A stretch of DNA of 34,656 bases, taken from the IMG/VR virus record IMGVR_UViG_3300018080_000100; one strand, given 5' to 3'. A program made the position numbers and the translations under genes. Origin of the DNA: a virus. Under the pieces are notes generated by a model. That model had not been told where the DNA came from. It ran no database searches and worked only from the letters and a program-made list of their open reading frames with translations. Positions within the stretch are counted from its first letter, which is position 1. Every line of letters starts with the position of its first letter. Shown here piece after piece: positions 17,178 through 25,299 of the stretch.

Positions 17178-18212
17178 TCAGATCATGTTTGTTGCGATCT
17201 GGTGCAGCTCGTACGCTGCCTTCTCCGTCTGGTGATGGAAGAAGTCCGTCGGACGGAATAGCGGGCACTGCTGCTCAGGTGTCGCAGCGGATTCACGATA
17301 CAGCTCGCTCAGCCACGTGTGGCGGAGGAACGCGATAAACCGCTGCGAGCCCCGCAAATCAGCCATGACTGGATCGCCCTCGGGCGCGTTCGGATCGCCT
17401 AGGCCAAGCTTGCGGCCCCATGTCCTCCAGCAGAAATCCCACGGGGCCATGCCCACCAGGTCGCTGCCCTCGACAGGATGCGGCGCGCCAAGCTCATAGC
17501 GATAGCGCACCTTCTGCTCGGCTGCTCTGTTCTTCCAGCAGTTCAGCACGACCTTGCAGCGTTTGTGGTGCCGCCACGGTTCGCGTGTGCCGTACACGCC
17601 GGCCTGCGTTCGTGGGTTCAAGCCCAGCCACGCTTCCAGCTTGCCGAGACGATCTGGTGCGCACTGGTCTATGTACCAGCGCGGGTCCAGTATGTACGAC
17701 AGCAGTCCTGCCACCGACAGTTTGTTGAGTGACTGGATGAACGATAGCGGACGCCACGCAGGATGGCCACGCAGCAGCTGCAAGACATCCACCTCAACTT
17801 CTTCGCCGTGGAGCACACTCTTCGACAGTGCGACTGCCAGGGCATAGGAGCGATAGTCGGACTCGACGACTTCGTGGAAACCACCCAAGCTGGGCGCTCG
17901 TGTGAAATCCCGCATAGCCAACAACATAGCTTCGGGGTTACGGCGATGCTTTTCAATACGCCCGACCAATGGCGTGCATACCTGCACGCTTTGCAGCTTG
18001 TCTTTCTGTTTGAGGTCGTACAACTGCGTGATCAATCTGGCGTTAGCGCACGTGCCTACTAACTGCACGCTATCCGCGCGCGTGAAGGCAGCGCTCTCGA
18101 GAAACGCTTCTGGAGACTCGCCAGAGCATCGCGTGGCGTAGTCTCCGTCGGCATACCAGATCTTTCCGCAGTGCGTATGCAGTTTCATTGTCAATGTGTC
18201 GATCGCTCTCAT
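17178..18212 (-). CDS. hypothetical protein (344 aa)
   Basis: The ATG at 18212 overlaps the sbcC-like stop as ATGA, indicating translational coupling. Composition is protein-like. No recognisable motif. Confidence 0.65.
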   Translation of the reverse strand: MRAIDTLTMKLHTHCGKIWYADGDYATRCSGESPEAFLESAAFTRADSVQLVGTCANARLITQLYDLKQKDKLQSVQVCTPLVGRIEKHRRNPEAMLLAMRDFTRAPSLGGFHEVVESDYRSYALAVALSKSVLHGEEVEVDVLQLLRGHPAWRPLSFIQSLNKLSVAGLLSYILDPRWYIDQCAPDRLGKLEAWLGLNPRTQAGVYGTREPWRHHKRCKVVLNCWKNRAAEQKVRYRYELGAPHPVEGSDLVGMAPWDFCWRTWGRKLGLGDPNAPEGDPVMADLRGSQRFIAFLRHTWLSELYRESAATPEQQCPLFRPTDFFHHQTEKAAYELHQIATNMI

Positions 18213-20344
18213 GCAGCTGGCAGTTCGATTGTGTTGTCAAAATGGTGCGATATCCGCGGTTCGTGTGTAACGAACAGCACCTGCAGCCCGCGCTCATGCG
18301 ACAGGTCACGCAGGCGCTCCAGCGCACGCGGCAAGCTGTCGAGGTTGTGCTCGTCCAGGCCTGCTGTGGGCTCGTCCATAATCAGTACACCAACCTGACC
18401 CGCGAAGGTCGAATTGACGGTGATCCGAAATGCCATCGCAAGTACGATGCGCTCGCCGATCGATAGTCGTCGGTCGGGCTGCACCCGCACGCCGTCAAGG
18501 AACCTGGCTGTGAAACCTAGGCTCTCGTCCATCTCCACGCGGAAAGGCGCTTCGAACATGGAGAGCGCTTCGTTCACCTGTTCTAGCATCATTTCCACGT
18601 AGGTGTAGGACACCATCCGCGGCGCTTCGTTGCGATGAAACACGCTACGCACGTCGGTCAGGTGCTGCACTACCTCACGGGTCTTCTGTCCTTGAGCCAA
18701 CGTCTTGCGAACGTTCTCAATCTGCTCTTGGACAGCAACGCGCTTTGCGTGTGCAAGCGCACGCTCGCGTGTAAACTGCTCCAGTTGCCGTTGCTTGGCC
18801 AGTATATCGGCGTTGGCTGCTTGCGCCTCGTCATGCTGCGCCTTGGTGTGCCACGGCTGTAACGCGTTGTGGGCGTCCTGGGCCTGCTGCAGCGCCTCAG
18901 CGAGCTGCTTACACTCGCCTTCCAGTGAGGACAGCTGCAGGGCCTTACTGGTCTTCTCAGCTTGAACCTGCTGCAAAGCTTCCTGGAAATGCGAACGCTC
19001 GTTCAGCGTCTTTTGAACTTCCTCTTCGGAGGTCTCGGGCGGGCTACACGCTTCGATCGCCAGACGTCGTCCTTCCAGCTGACGCTGGTCAGACGCCTTG
19101 TGCTTCATCTGCACGATGTATGCAGAGTCAGCCCTGTCATACACGTCCCACGTGTCCCTCCGCAGCCGTAGCGGCGGCATCTGCGCCTGTATCGCCGCCA
19201 GCTCGTCCTCCAACTCGGCCTTGCGCTGGGCGCGCTCGTTCGCGCCGGGCATCTTCTGGCCGCATGTAGGACAGGTATCCGCCTGGCCCATGTCCAGCAG
19301 ATTGATACGAATATTACCACACGTATCTTCGAGGTACTTCAGCTGCTGCGCCTCCTCGTCGCTCAGGCGTGGCTCTGGTGGCTGCACCGGCGCGACTGTG
19401 TTCTCCCACGTAGCTTTGAACGTAGCTTCGTCACGCTCAAGTGCAGCCCGCGTGGCTGCAGCAGCATGGTGGGCTTTCCACTGATCGCGTGCCTCCTCGG
19501 CGTCTGCACAGTCCGGCGCAATCGCGGCTAGCCCAGCTTCAAGGTCGGCTATTGCGGCGTCCAAGTCACGTAGCGGTTCAGCCGCCGCTTTGGCTGCAGC
19601 CTCTTTGGCAGTGTACCGCCCCTGCAGCTCTTCGACGCGCGCCATCGCCTGGCGTTCGTCGTTGTACTGCTGGATCAACGTCTGGTTGGCATGCAGCTCA
19701 GTCTCCGGATGCTCTGGCAGCTCCAGCGCAGCAATGTTGGCGTCCGCACCGGCGATAGCCTCGTCGTGCGTAGCCGCTTGATCATTCAGCTCGTCCTCCG
19801 TCAGCAGCGACGTCGGAATCTCGATGGCGCTGACGAACTTACCCAGCTGCTCGTACACGCGCTCGGCGTGCGCCACGCCGAACAGTGCCGCCAAGGAAGC
19901 GGCCCGCTCTGCCGGCGGTTGGTCAAACATCTCGTCGATCTTGCGCTGGCGCACAAAGATGTAGTCGGCGATCTGCTTCTTGGTGGCGCCCAGTCTGCCC
20001 CACAGTTCGGAATTGATCTCGCCTACCGACGTCCACCGCGCATCGTCGATGGTCAGCAGATTGGTAGTACCCTGCAAAGCACGACGGACATGCATCCGCG
20101 CGCCGTAGTGTATCAACCAAGCTTCGACGAAGGCTTCTGCGTTACCTGGCGTACCCTGACGGATATCGTCGGCCTTCTTGCGCTCACCGCCGGCGTCGCC
20201 GATCAGTGCAAGCTGTATGGCGCGCAAGATGTTGGTCTTACCAGCGCCGTTCGGGCCAACGAGCATGTTGAGCCCAGGAGTCAGCTCGAGAGTTAGATCC
20301 TCGTGCTGGCAGAAATTCGCTAGGTGGAGTCGTTCTATGATCAT
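18209..20344 (-). CDS. SbcC / Rad50-like SMC-family ATPase (phage gp46-like recombination nuclease subunit)
   Basis: The N-terminal Walker A is LVGPNGAGKTNIL. A long coiled-coil carries a central CPTC zinc hook. The C-terminal signature and Walker B are GERIVLAMAF...LIMDEPTAGLD. Confidence 0.85.
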   Translation of the reverse strand: MIIERLHLANFCQHEDLTLELTPGLNMLVGPNGAGKTNILRAIQLALIGDAGGERKKADDIRQGTPGNAEAFVEAWLIHYGARMHVRRALQGTTNLLTIDDARWTSVGEINSELWGRLGATKKQIADYIFVRQRKIDEMFDQPPAERAASLAALFGVAHAERVYEQLGKFVSAIEIPTSLLTEDELNDQAATHDEAIAGADANIAALELPEHPETELHANQTLIQQYNDERQAMARVEELQGRYTAKEAAAKAAAEPLRDLDAAIADLEAGLAAIAPDCADAEEARDQWKAHHAAAATRAALERDEATFKATWENTVAPVQPPEPRLSDEEAQQLKYLEDTCGNIRINLLDMGQADTCPTCGQKMPGANERAQRKAELEDELAAIQAQMPPLRLRRDTWDVYDRADSAYIVQMKHKASDQRQLEGRRLAIEACSPPETSEEEVQKTLNERSHFQEALQQVQAEKTSKALQLSSLEGECKQLAEALQQAQDAHNALQPWHTKAQHDEAQAANADILAKQRQLEQFTRERALAHAKRVAVQEQIENVRKTLAQGQKTREVVQHLTDVRSVFHRNEAPRMVSYTYVEMMLEQVNEALSMFEAPFRVEMDESLGFTARFLDGVRVQPDRRLSIGERIVLAMAFRITVNSTFAGQVGVLIMDEPTAGLDEHNLDSLPRALERLRDLSHERGLQVLFVTHEPRISHHFDNTIELPAA

Positions 20345-21100
20345 TTACTTTCCATTGCGCTGGCGTGCGCGGGTTGTGTCTACTTTCCTGCTGGCACGCG
20401 TTTCGTCATGGTCAAGTTCGAATATGTCGAGGGCGCCGCGGATCTCGGACCAGATCTTCTGCAGCTGCCCGTGGGAGCCACAGCCGGCGATTTGGTCCTC
20501 GAACAGCGCTACATCGTCTTCCAGCTTCTTGAGCTTCTTGCCGACGGGGTCTTCGCGGATGAGCGCCGTCAGTTGGCGCTTGCAGTGATCCCGCATTATG
20601 TTTGTCGCAGTGCCGGGATAGCGGTCGAAGGTGCCCTCGTCCTCGTCCTCGTCCTCGTTGCTGTGGTAGCGCCGATAGTTGTTGCGGCGATTGACATGGC
20701 TTTGCTGCATGTCGGCCGATGGCAGGTCGGCGCGCTTACGCCCCTGCATCTTCTCGACTACGCCACCTTCCAATTCGCGGATCGCTGTATCGAGCTTGTC
20801 GCGCTCTTCACGCAGGTCTTCCAGATCGACCATCATGTTTTCGACGCCAAAGTGCTCCTCGATGAGCCTCTGGGCCTCTACTACCAAGTCGCGTTTCCAA
20901 GTCGGCTTTTCGGCCTGAATCTGGTCGCGCAATTCCTGGGCACGGCTATCCAGCCGGTCCCGAAAGTGTTGCTTCTCGCTTACTGTCAGTCCCATAAAGT
21001 CGGTCTTTGTATATTCGAAGTAATTCTGTTTGGATGTCACGTGTTCCTGCCAAGCTGACGGCGTCTTCGCAGACGGCTGTAGGCTCAGCGTAGAACTCAC
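20345..21100 (-). CDS. hypothetical acidic protein (EDEDEDE stretch, coiled-coil character) between the sbcD-like and sbcC-like genes
   Basis: Track ORF. The start is uncertain (ATG at 21100 or 20995). The 5' end overlaps the 3' end of the sbcD-like gene. Confidence 0.5.
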   Translation of the reverse strand: MSSTLSLQPSAKTPSAWQEHVTSKQNYFEYTKTDFMGLTVSEKQHFRDRLDSRAQELRDQIQAEKPTWKRDLVVEAQRLIEEHFGVENMMVDLEDLREERDKLDTAIRELEGGVVEKMQGRKRADLPSADMQQSHVNRRNNYRRYHSNEDEDEDEGTFDRYPGTATNIMRDHCKRQLTALIREDPVGKKLKKLEDDVALFEDQIAGCGSHGQLQKIWSEIRGALDIFELDHDETRASRKVDTTRARQRNGK

Positions 21101-22085
21101 GGATGCAGCCGGCTAGGCCGTCGTTCAGCACTACCTGAACGCGCCGCGCCGTATCGACTGCAACCTGCGCACTCTCCACAGGTACCGCCTTGAGGAACAG
21201 GTGCGCATCGCCTGTGACACGCGCCTCTATCCGCTCTCTGGCCTCCGGAACATCTTCCCTGTACCAGACACGGATTATGTTCGCAGACACGGACGCCGGA
21301 ACGCCCACCTTCGGTATCCTCGCAGGATGCTGCCGCCAGCTGTCAATGAAAGCGTCCAGGTCTTCCTGGTCATTGATTCTGGCTTCGTAGTAGCCGCGTG
21401 TATGCAGCTGCACAGCCTCGGCCGTCAGATCGTCGTTCAGTATGAAAACGTTCTTTGTATGCGGCTCGCCGATATTCTGCATGCAGATCGATCCAGGCGA
21501 GATGATGCGCTGTTGTCCGCGCGTCTCGTCGATCGTCACATGGAAATCGCCGGTGAGGATGCAACGTGGAGACTTGGCCCAATGGAACCATGCGTCTCCG
21601 CGATCTTCGCCCATGAAGTCCATCCACACCTGGTGTGTGGCTAGGATATCGACGCCTTCCGGAACTGCCTCCAGCGCGGCGCGTACTTCATTGGGTGACT
21701 TGTAGTCCAGTCCGTAGATCCGGAGTCCAGTGCCTGGTATTTCCACCAGCTGCTCGTTGATATGCAGCGGATGTAGATGTAAGGCATGCAACAACGGCGG
21801 TGTTGACCGCTCGTGCTGGCCCTGCACGTACAGTACCTTGCGACCCTGCTGCTGGAACGTATCCAACGCCGAGCGCATCGTCTGCAGCGCATCCGATTGC
21901 TGTAGCTTCTGCTCGAATAGGTCGCCGAGCAGGATCACGTACGGAACATCATACGTATCCGCTATCTCGCAGATCTGTTTGATGCTCCACGCCGTATCCC
22001 CGCATAGGGTGTCCCGGCGGCTCCAAACACGGTCGTGTTTGCGCACATGCCAGTCTCCAGTTGCGAGCGCAATCGGCTTAGCCAT
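20946..22085 (-). CDS. SbcD / Mre11-like metallophosphoesterase nuclease (phage gp47-like)
   Basis: Phosphoesterase motifs are present in order: GDWH, LLGDLFE, GQHE, TGDFH. A CAGGAGATCAAAATT SD/spacer precedes the ATG at 22085. Confidence 0.85.
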   Translation of the reverse strand: MAKPIALATGDWHVRKHDRVWSRRDTLCGDTAWSIKQICEIADTYDVPYVILLGDLFEQKLQQSDALQTMRSALDTFQQQGRKVLYVQGQHERSTPPLLHALHLHPLHINEQLVEIPGTGLRIYGLDYKSPNEVRAALEAVPEGVDILATHQVWMDFMGEDRGDAWFHWAKSPRCILTGDFHVTIDETRGQQRIISPGSICMQNIGEPHTKNVFILNDDLTAEAVQLHTRGYYEARINDQEDLDAFIDSWRQHPARIPKVGVPASVSANIIRVWYREDVPEARERIEARVTGDAHLFLKAVPVESAQVAVDTARRVQVVLNDGLAGCIREFYAEPTAVCEDAVSLAGTRDIQTELLRIYKDRLYGTDSKREATLSGPAG

Positions 22086-22467
22086 AATTTTGATCTCCTG
22101 AACAAAGTTCGGGGTCGAGTGTCATCATGAAATGGTAGAAGGCCTCCGGGGGCAGCACCGGGTCATCGAAGTCGATGACATCCGGATCGCGCACCCGAAA
22201 CAGATTTCCGTGCTGGTCCATGACCATTACGCTAGCAGTGCCTTCAACCAGGAGCGTCTTCATGCTGAGCAGGAAGGCGTCACCTACGGGCACCAACGCA
22301 CGTGCCTTAGCCATGATAACATCGACAGGTAGCGATTCCCAGAAGCCCGAACCGTACAGTACGCGTTCGTATTGTGGCGTCTGGAGCATGTCCATCAGGA
22401 GCAGCATCGCCCGGCAATCCACTGCCAAGGCGTCCTCGTACATTTGCTTGAAATGCTCTTGTCCCAT
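22078..22467 (-). CDS. hypothetical protein (129 aa)
   Basis: Track ORF. It is the first gene of the minus-strand unit, directly abutting the divergent csrA promoter region. It overlaps the sbcD-like start by 8 nt. Confidence 0.55.
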   Translation of the reverse strand: MGQEHFKQMYEDALAVDCRAMLLLMDMLQTPQYERVLYGSGFWESLPVDVIMAKARALVPVGDAFLLSMKTLLVEGTASVMVMDQHGNLFRVRDPDVIDFDDPVLPPEAFYHFMMTLDPELCSGDQNYG

Positions 22468-22469
22468 GG

Positions 22470-22498
22470 TTGCCTCGTTTGGGCGAAAAGGGTATACT
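22470..22498 (+). promoter_or_regulatory. sigma70-like promoter for csrA: TTGCCT - 17 nt - TATACT
   Basis: Hexamers lie at 22470-22475 and 22493-22498. They are followed by a ~30 nt leader carrying the AAGGAAGGAG SD. Confidence 0.4.
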
Positions 22499-22527
22499 TA
22501 AAGTATCACCATCAAGGAAGGAGACTG

Positions 22528-22707
22528 ATGATGCTGGTTCTTTCTCGCAAGACCGGTCAAAGAATACTGATCGGTGACGACATCACTGTTACGCTAGTAC
22601 GCGTCGACGGTGACACGGTGCGTATCGGTATCGAGGCGCCTGAGACTGTGCGGATTCTCCGCGAAGAGCTCAAAAAGAAGCAACCTCGACAACCTGTAGC
22701 GCATTAG
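22528..22707 (+). CDS. csrA: carbon storage regulator CsrA/RsmA family RNA-binding protein (59 aa)
   Basis: The sequence MMLVLSRKTGQRILIGDDITVTLVRVDGDTVRIGIEAPETVRILREELKK aligns residue-for-residue with E. coli CsrA ([47 protein letters not shown]). An AAGGAAGGAG SD lies 5 nt upstream. The longer track ORF start (22372) is rejected. It is the only clear plus-strand gene in 32 kb. Confidence 0.9.
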   Translation: MMLVLSRKTGQRILIGDDITVTLVRVDGDTVRIGIEAPETVRILREELKKKQPRQPVAH

Positions 22708-22996
22708 CGATATCCGCAAAGAGTCGCTTCTTAGCGCATACTGCCAGCTTATGGGCCTGGGACACGCTCACGCAACGCACTGATTCGCGCTGCCCTGCTG
22801 CCTGTCCACGGCCCGAGGCTGGCCAGTAGTCCGCCAGGTGTTTATCGCCGTACTTGAAACGCCAATGCTGGTCGTTGTCGCTCAGCGTGACAGTGATCTG
22901 CTCGAAGGCAAGCTCGCTCTGGAGCATTTCCAGTTCAGCTGTTGCTGACTGGAGCCGCTGTTTGCGGATCTGCTTCTTCTTGCTCATCTGCTGCAC
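22670..22996 (-). CDS. hypothetical protein (108 aa), doubtful
   Basis: Track ORF convergent with csrA, overlapping its 3' end by 38 nt and the HldE-like stop by ~60 nt. No SD was checked. Its composition is Gln/Lys-rich. Confidence 0.3.
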   Translation of the reverse strand: MQQMSKKKQIRKQRLQSATAELEMLQSELAFEQITVTLSDNDQHWRFKYGDKHLADYWPASGRGQAAGQRESVRCVSVSQAHKLAVCAKKRLFADIANALQVVEVASF

Positions 22997-24428
22997 AGGC
23001 TTTCGCGCGGATGTCGGTCGCGTGCGTATCGAACTCGAGCGTCGTCGTCATGATACGGCCGCCGACCTCCTCCATCGTCAGCGCTTCTGGAATCCGATCG
23101 GTCTTGCCGGCGTGCTCGGGGCCCTTGAACAGGACCGTCGGTACCAGATTGTGGATAAGTGACTTGGGTGTGTCTTCGTCGAACTTGATGATCGCATCGA
23201 CGCACGGTAGCGCTGCCAAACTCGCGGCACGCGTGGCGTAGTCGTTGATCGGCTTGCTCTTGATGCGGGCGGCCGACTCGTCCGAATTCAACATGACGAG
23301 TAGGAAATCGCACTCTTTGCGCGCCTGCTCCAGCATGGAGACATGCCCAGGATGCATCAGATCGAAAACACCGTTGGCTACGCCGAAGTCGCCGCCGCTG
23401 ACCATCATGGATGCGCGCAGCAGCATAGCAAAAGGCAGCTCTATCTTCTTGAGCTGATTGCCAGATACAATGGTCAGCCGCCTGTGTATCTGGTGCAGTG
23501 ACACCGCGGATGCGCCAGGGCGCTCTACCTGTATCGCTGCGGCCGTTGCTGCAAAGTGCAACATGGGCATCAAAGACATATCGGCAGCGACGCCATAGGT
23601 GAACGCTGCAGCAACAGTGTCGCCAGCACCGCACGAGTCGACCGCTAGTGCTGGCACAGCTGGCATCTCGGACGGCGTCTCGTTCGGGCGCACTATGAGC
23701 ATACCGGCAGCGCCACGCGTCACGATGCAATGCACAGCGTGCAGTTCCTTGCAGACCGCCATAGCCGCCGAGCGTACGTCAGCAATCCGCGGGTCGGCGA
23801 CTGCCGCAAGCACCTCATGCTCATTGGGCGTAATGATATGCGCACCACGATAGTGAAGCATATGCTTCGGCGTCGGGTCTACGACCACCGGTACTTTGTG
23901 TGCGCGCGCATACTCGAAGATGACCTGGAGCGTACGCTCCGTGCAAATACCTTTGTCGTAGTCGGACACAAGGATCGCAAGTGGTTTCGCGTCGTCGACA
24001 CACTTCATGAACATGTCGACCACCTTGTCCTCGACATTGGCCTTCGGGCGTGCGTCTATGTCGAAGCGAGCTACCAGACTGTCAGCTGCGTACACGCGGT
24101 GTTTGCAGGGCGTTTGGTAGTTCTTATCCGTGGCTACATACCGCGTCAGCAGCTCCGGTAGTTCCATGTTCAAGAAGTTCCGGCCGGCGGTGTCATCGCC
24201 TACGACGCTTACGAACGCCGTGGGCATCGCCATATGTACGAGATTGGCCATCGCGTTGGCGGCACCGCCCAAGCCAAGGAAGGGCGTACCAGGTGGCACG
24301 TCTATGACGGGAACTGCAGCGGTTTGGTCAAGCTGCTTCACCGTTCCCATGTAGTAGTGGTCCATAAGCACAGGTCCGACTACGACCACGCGGTCGCCTT
24401 CATCCTGTGCTGGGTGATTCGTCGTCAA
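22935..24428 (-). CDS. bifunctional PfkB-family sugar kinase / cytidylyltransferase-like nucleotidyltransferase (HldE/RfaE-like, D-beta-D-heptose 7-phosphate kinase / heptose 1-phosphate adenylyltransferase architecture)
   Basis: The N-terminal ribokinase-like domain has a GAGD anion-hole motif (DSCGAGDTVAAAF). The C-terminal domain carries the (T/H)xGH nucleotidyltransferase motif (GVFDLMHPGHVSMLEQARK). The start is TTG at 24428 with a GGAGAG SD 6 nt upstream. Confidence 0.8.
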   Translation of the reverse strand: MTTNHPAQDEGDRVVVVGPVLMDHYYMGTVKQLDQTAAVPVIDVPPGTPFLGLGGAANAMANLVHMAMPTAFVSVVGDDTAGRNFLNMELPELLTRYVATDKNYQTPCKHRVYAADSLVARFDIDARPKANVEDKVVDMFMKCVDDAKPLAILVSDYDKGICTERTLQVIFEYARAHKVPVVVDPTPKHMLHYRGAHIITPNEHEVLAAVADPRIADVRSAAMAVCKELHAVHCIVTRGAAGMLIVRPNETPSEMPAVPALAVDSCGAGDTVAAAFTYGVAADMSLMPMLHFAATAAAIQVERPGASAVSLHQIHRRLTIVSGNQLKKIELPFAMLLRASMMVSGGDFGVANGVFDLMHPGHVSMLEQARKECDFLLVMLNSDESAARIKSKPINDYATRAASLAALPCVDAIIKFDEDTPKSLIHNLVPTVLFKGPEHAGKTDRIPEALTMEEVGGRIMTTTLEFDTHATDIRAKACAADEQEEADPQTAAPVSNS

Positions 24429-24627
24429 TACTGCTCTCCGCTGTGACTGAGTCTGGATCTAGTGATACACGTCGCAGCCCACTGACTGCCACGGGCTTTG
24501 ATGTGCATGTAGGGCAAATACGGTTACCAGCATGTTGCGACGCAAACGTCGTGCCACAGCGCAAACAGCGCCGCGGCTTAGCTGCTAATCTGTCATCCGC
24601 CCTGGGTTTTGCCATTTGTGGCTCCAA
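24400..24627 (-). CDS. small zinc-ribbon protein (CLRCG...CPTC), 75 aa
   Basis: A CxxC-18-CxxC arrangement is present. The start abuts the stop of the upstream gene at 24628. It overlaps the HldE-like start by 29 nt. Confidence 0.5.
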   Translation of the reverse strand: MEPQMAKPRADDRLAAKPRRCLRCGTTFASQHAGNRICPTCTSKPVAVSGLRRVSLDPDSVTAESSIDDESPSTG

Positions 24628-25299
24628 TCAGACCGTGCTCGGCACCAACCTGACGACCTTGTACGTGCCATCAGGATACGGAAACACGAAGTCTTCGTCC
24701 AGACGTTTGCACGGCGGCAGTGATGGATTTGGCACAGTGGGGTGCACACCCTCCTGAAGGATAAGAAAAGCGTCGATGTAGGCGCCGCCGTCCGCTGGTG
24801 CCGCGTTTACGATCGCAATCGCGGCTACTGCTCCGTCGGCAAATGTGTGGTACCAGCCTCCAGCAATATCGCCGGGCGCCGCTACGTTACTCTCGAACCC
24901 GAGGCCTCGTCCAAGGATATCCGTGTACGTGGCCATCTCGGCTTGCGGCACGACCAACCGGGCCGTGTCGTAGCCTATGCGTTCGTAGAGCACACCATCT
25001 GCTAACAGAGGCACAAGCTTCTTGAGGCTTGCGCGAGCCAGATTGCGATCGAAGAACGCCTCCATGCACGCCACCTCGCTACCTTTGGGCATCTCTGCCG
25101 TAGCGGGCGGGGCTGTGGCCGACAACGGTGTCGTCAGCTCTTCGTCAAAACTAGTGATGAACGTCTCGAAGTCTTCCTGACTCGTATGATCGATCACTCG
25201 TAACAGCGCCAGCTGGTCGTCAGCTGACAGCTTATGCTTGTCGGTGAGCGCGAGTATGCGCTCAGCAGGAGTTAGATTTGACACGTTTGAAGTATCCAA
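24628..25299 (-). CDS. hypothetical protein (about 223 aa)
   Basis: Track ORF. The track start is TTG and the exact start is unresolved. Composition is protein-like. Confidence 0.5.
   Translation of the reverse strand: MDTSNVSNLTPAERILALTDKHKLSADDQLALLRVIDHTSQEDFETFITSFDEELTTPLSATAPPATAEMPKGSEVACMEAFFDRNLARASLKKLVPLLADGVLYERIGYDTARLVVPQAEMATYTDILGRGLGFESNVAAPGDIAGGWYHTFADGAVAAIAIVNAAPADGGAYIDAFLILQEGVHPTVPNPSLPPCKRLDEDFVFPYPDGTYKVVRLVPSTV

Noticed and set aside
22372-22527. Upstream extension of the csrA ORF (track start 22372)
   Set aside because: CsrA homology begins exactly at the ATG at 22528, which has a strong SD 5 nt upstream. The extension would place a promoter-like region inside the protein and add a non-homologous 52-aa leader.
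22815-22847. Weak hairpin CTGGC-cagtagtcc-GCCAG followed by GTGTTTATCG, downstream of csrA
   Set aside because: The stem is only 5 bp with a 9-nt loop and a poor T-tract. It lies inside the doubtful convergent ORF, so it is not convincing as a terminator.
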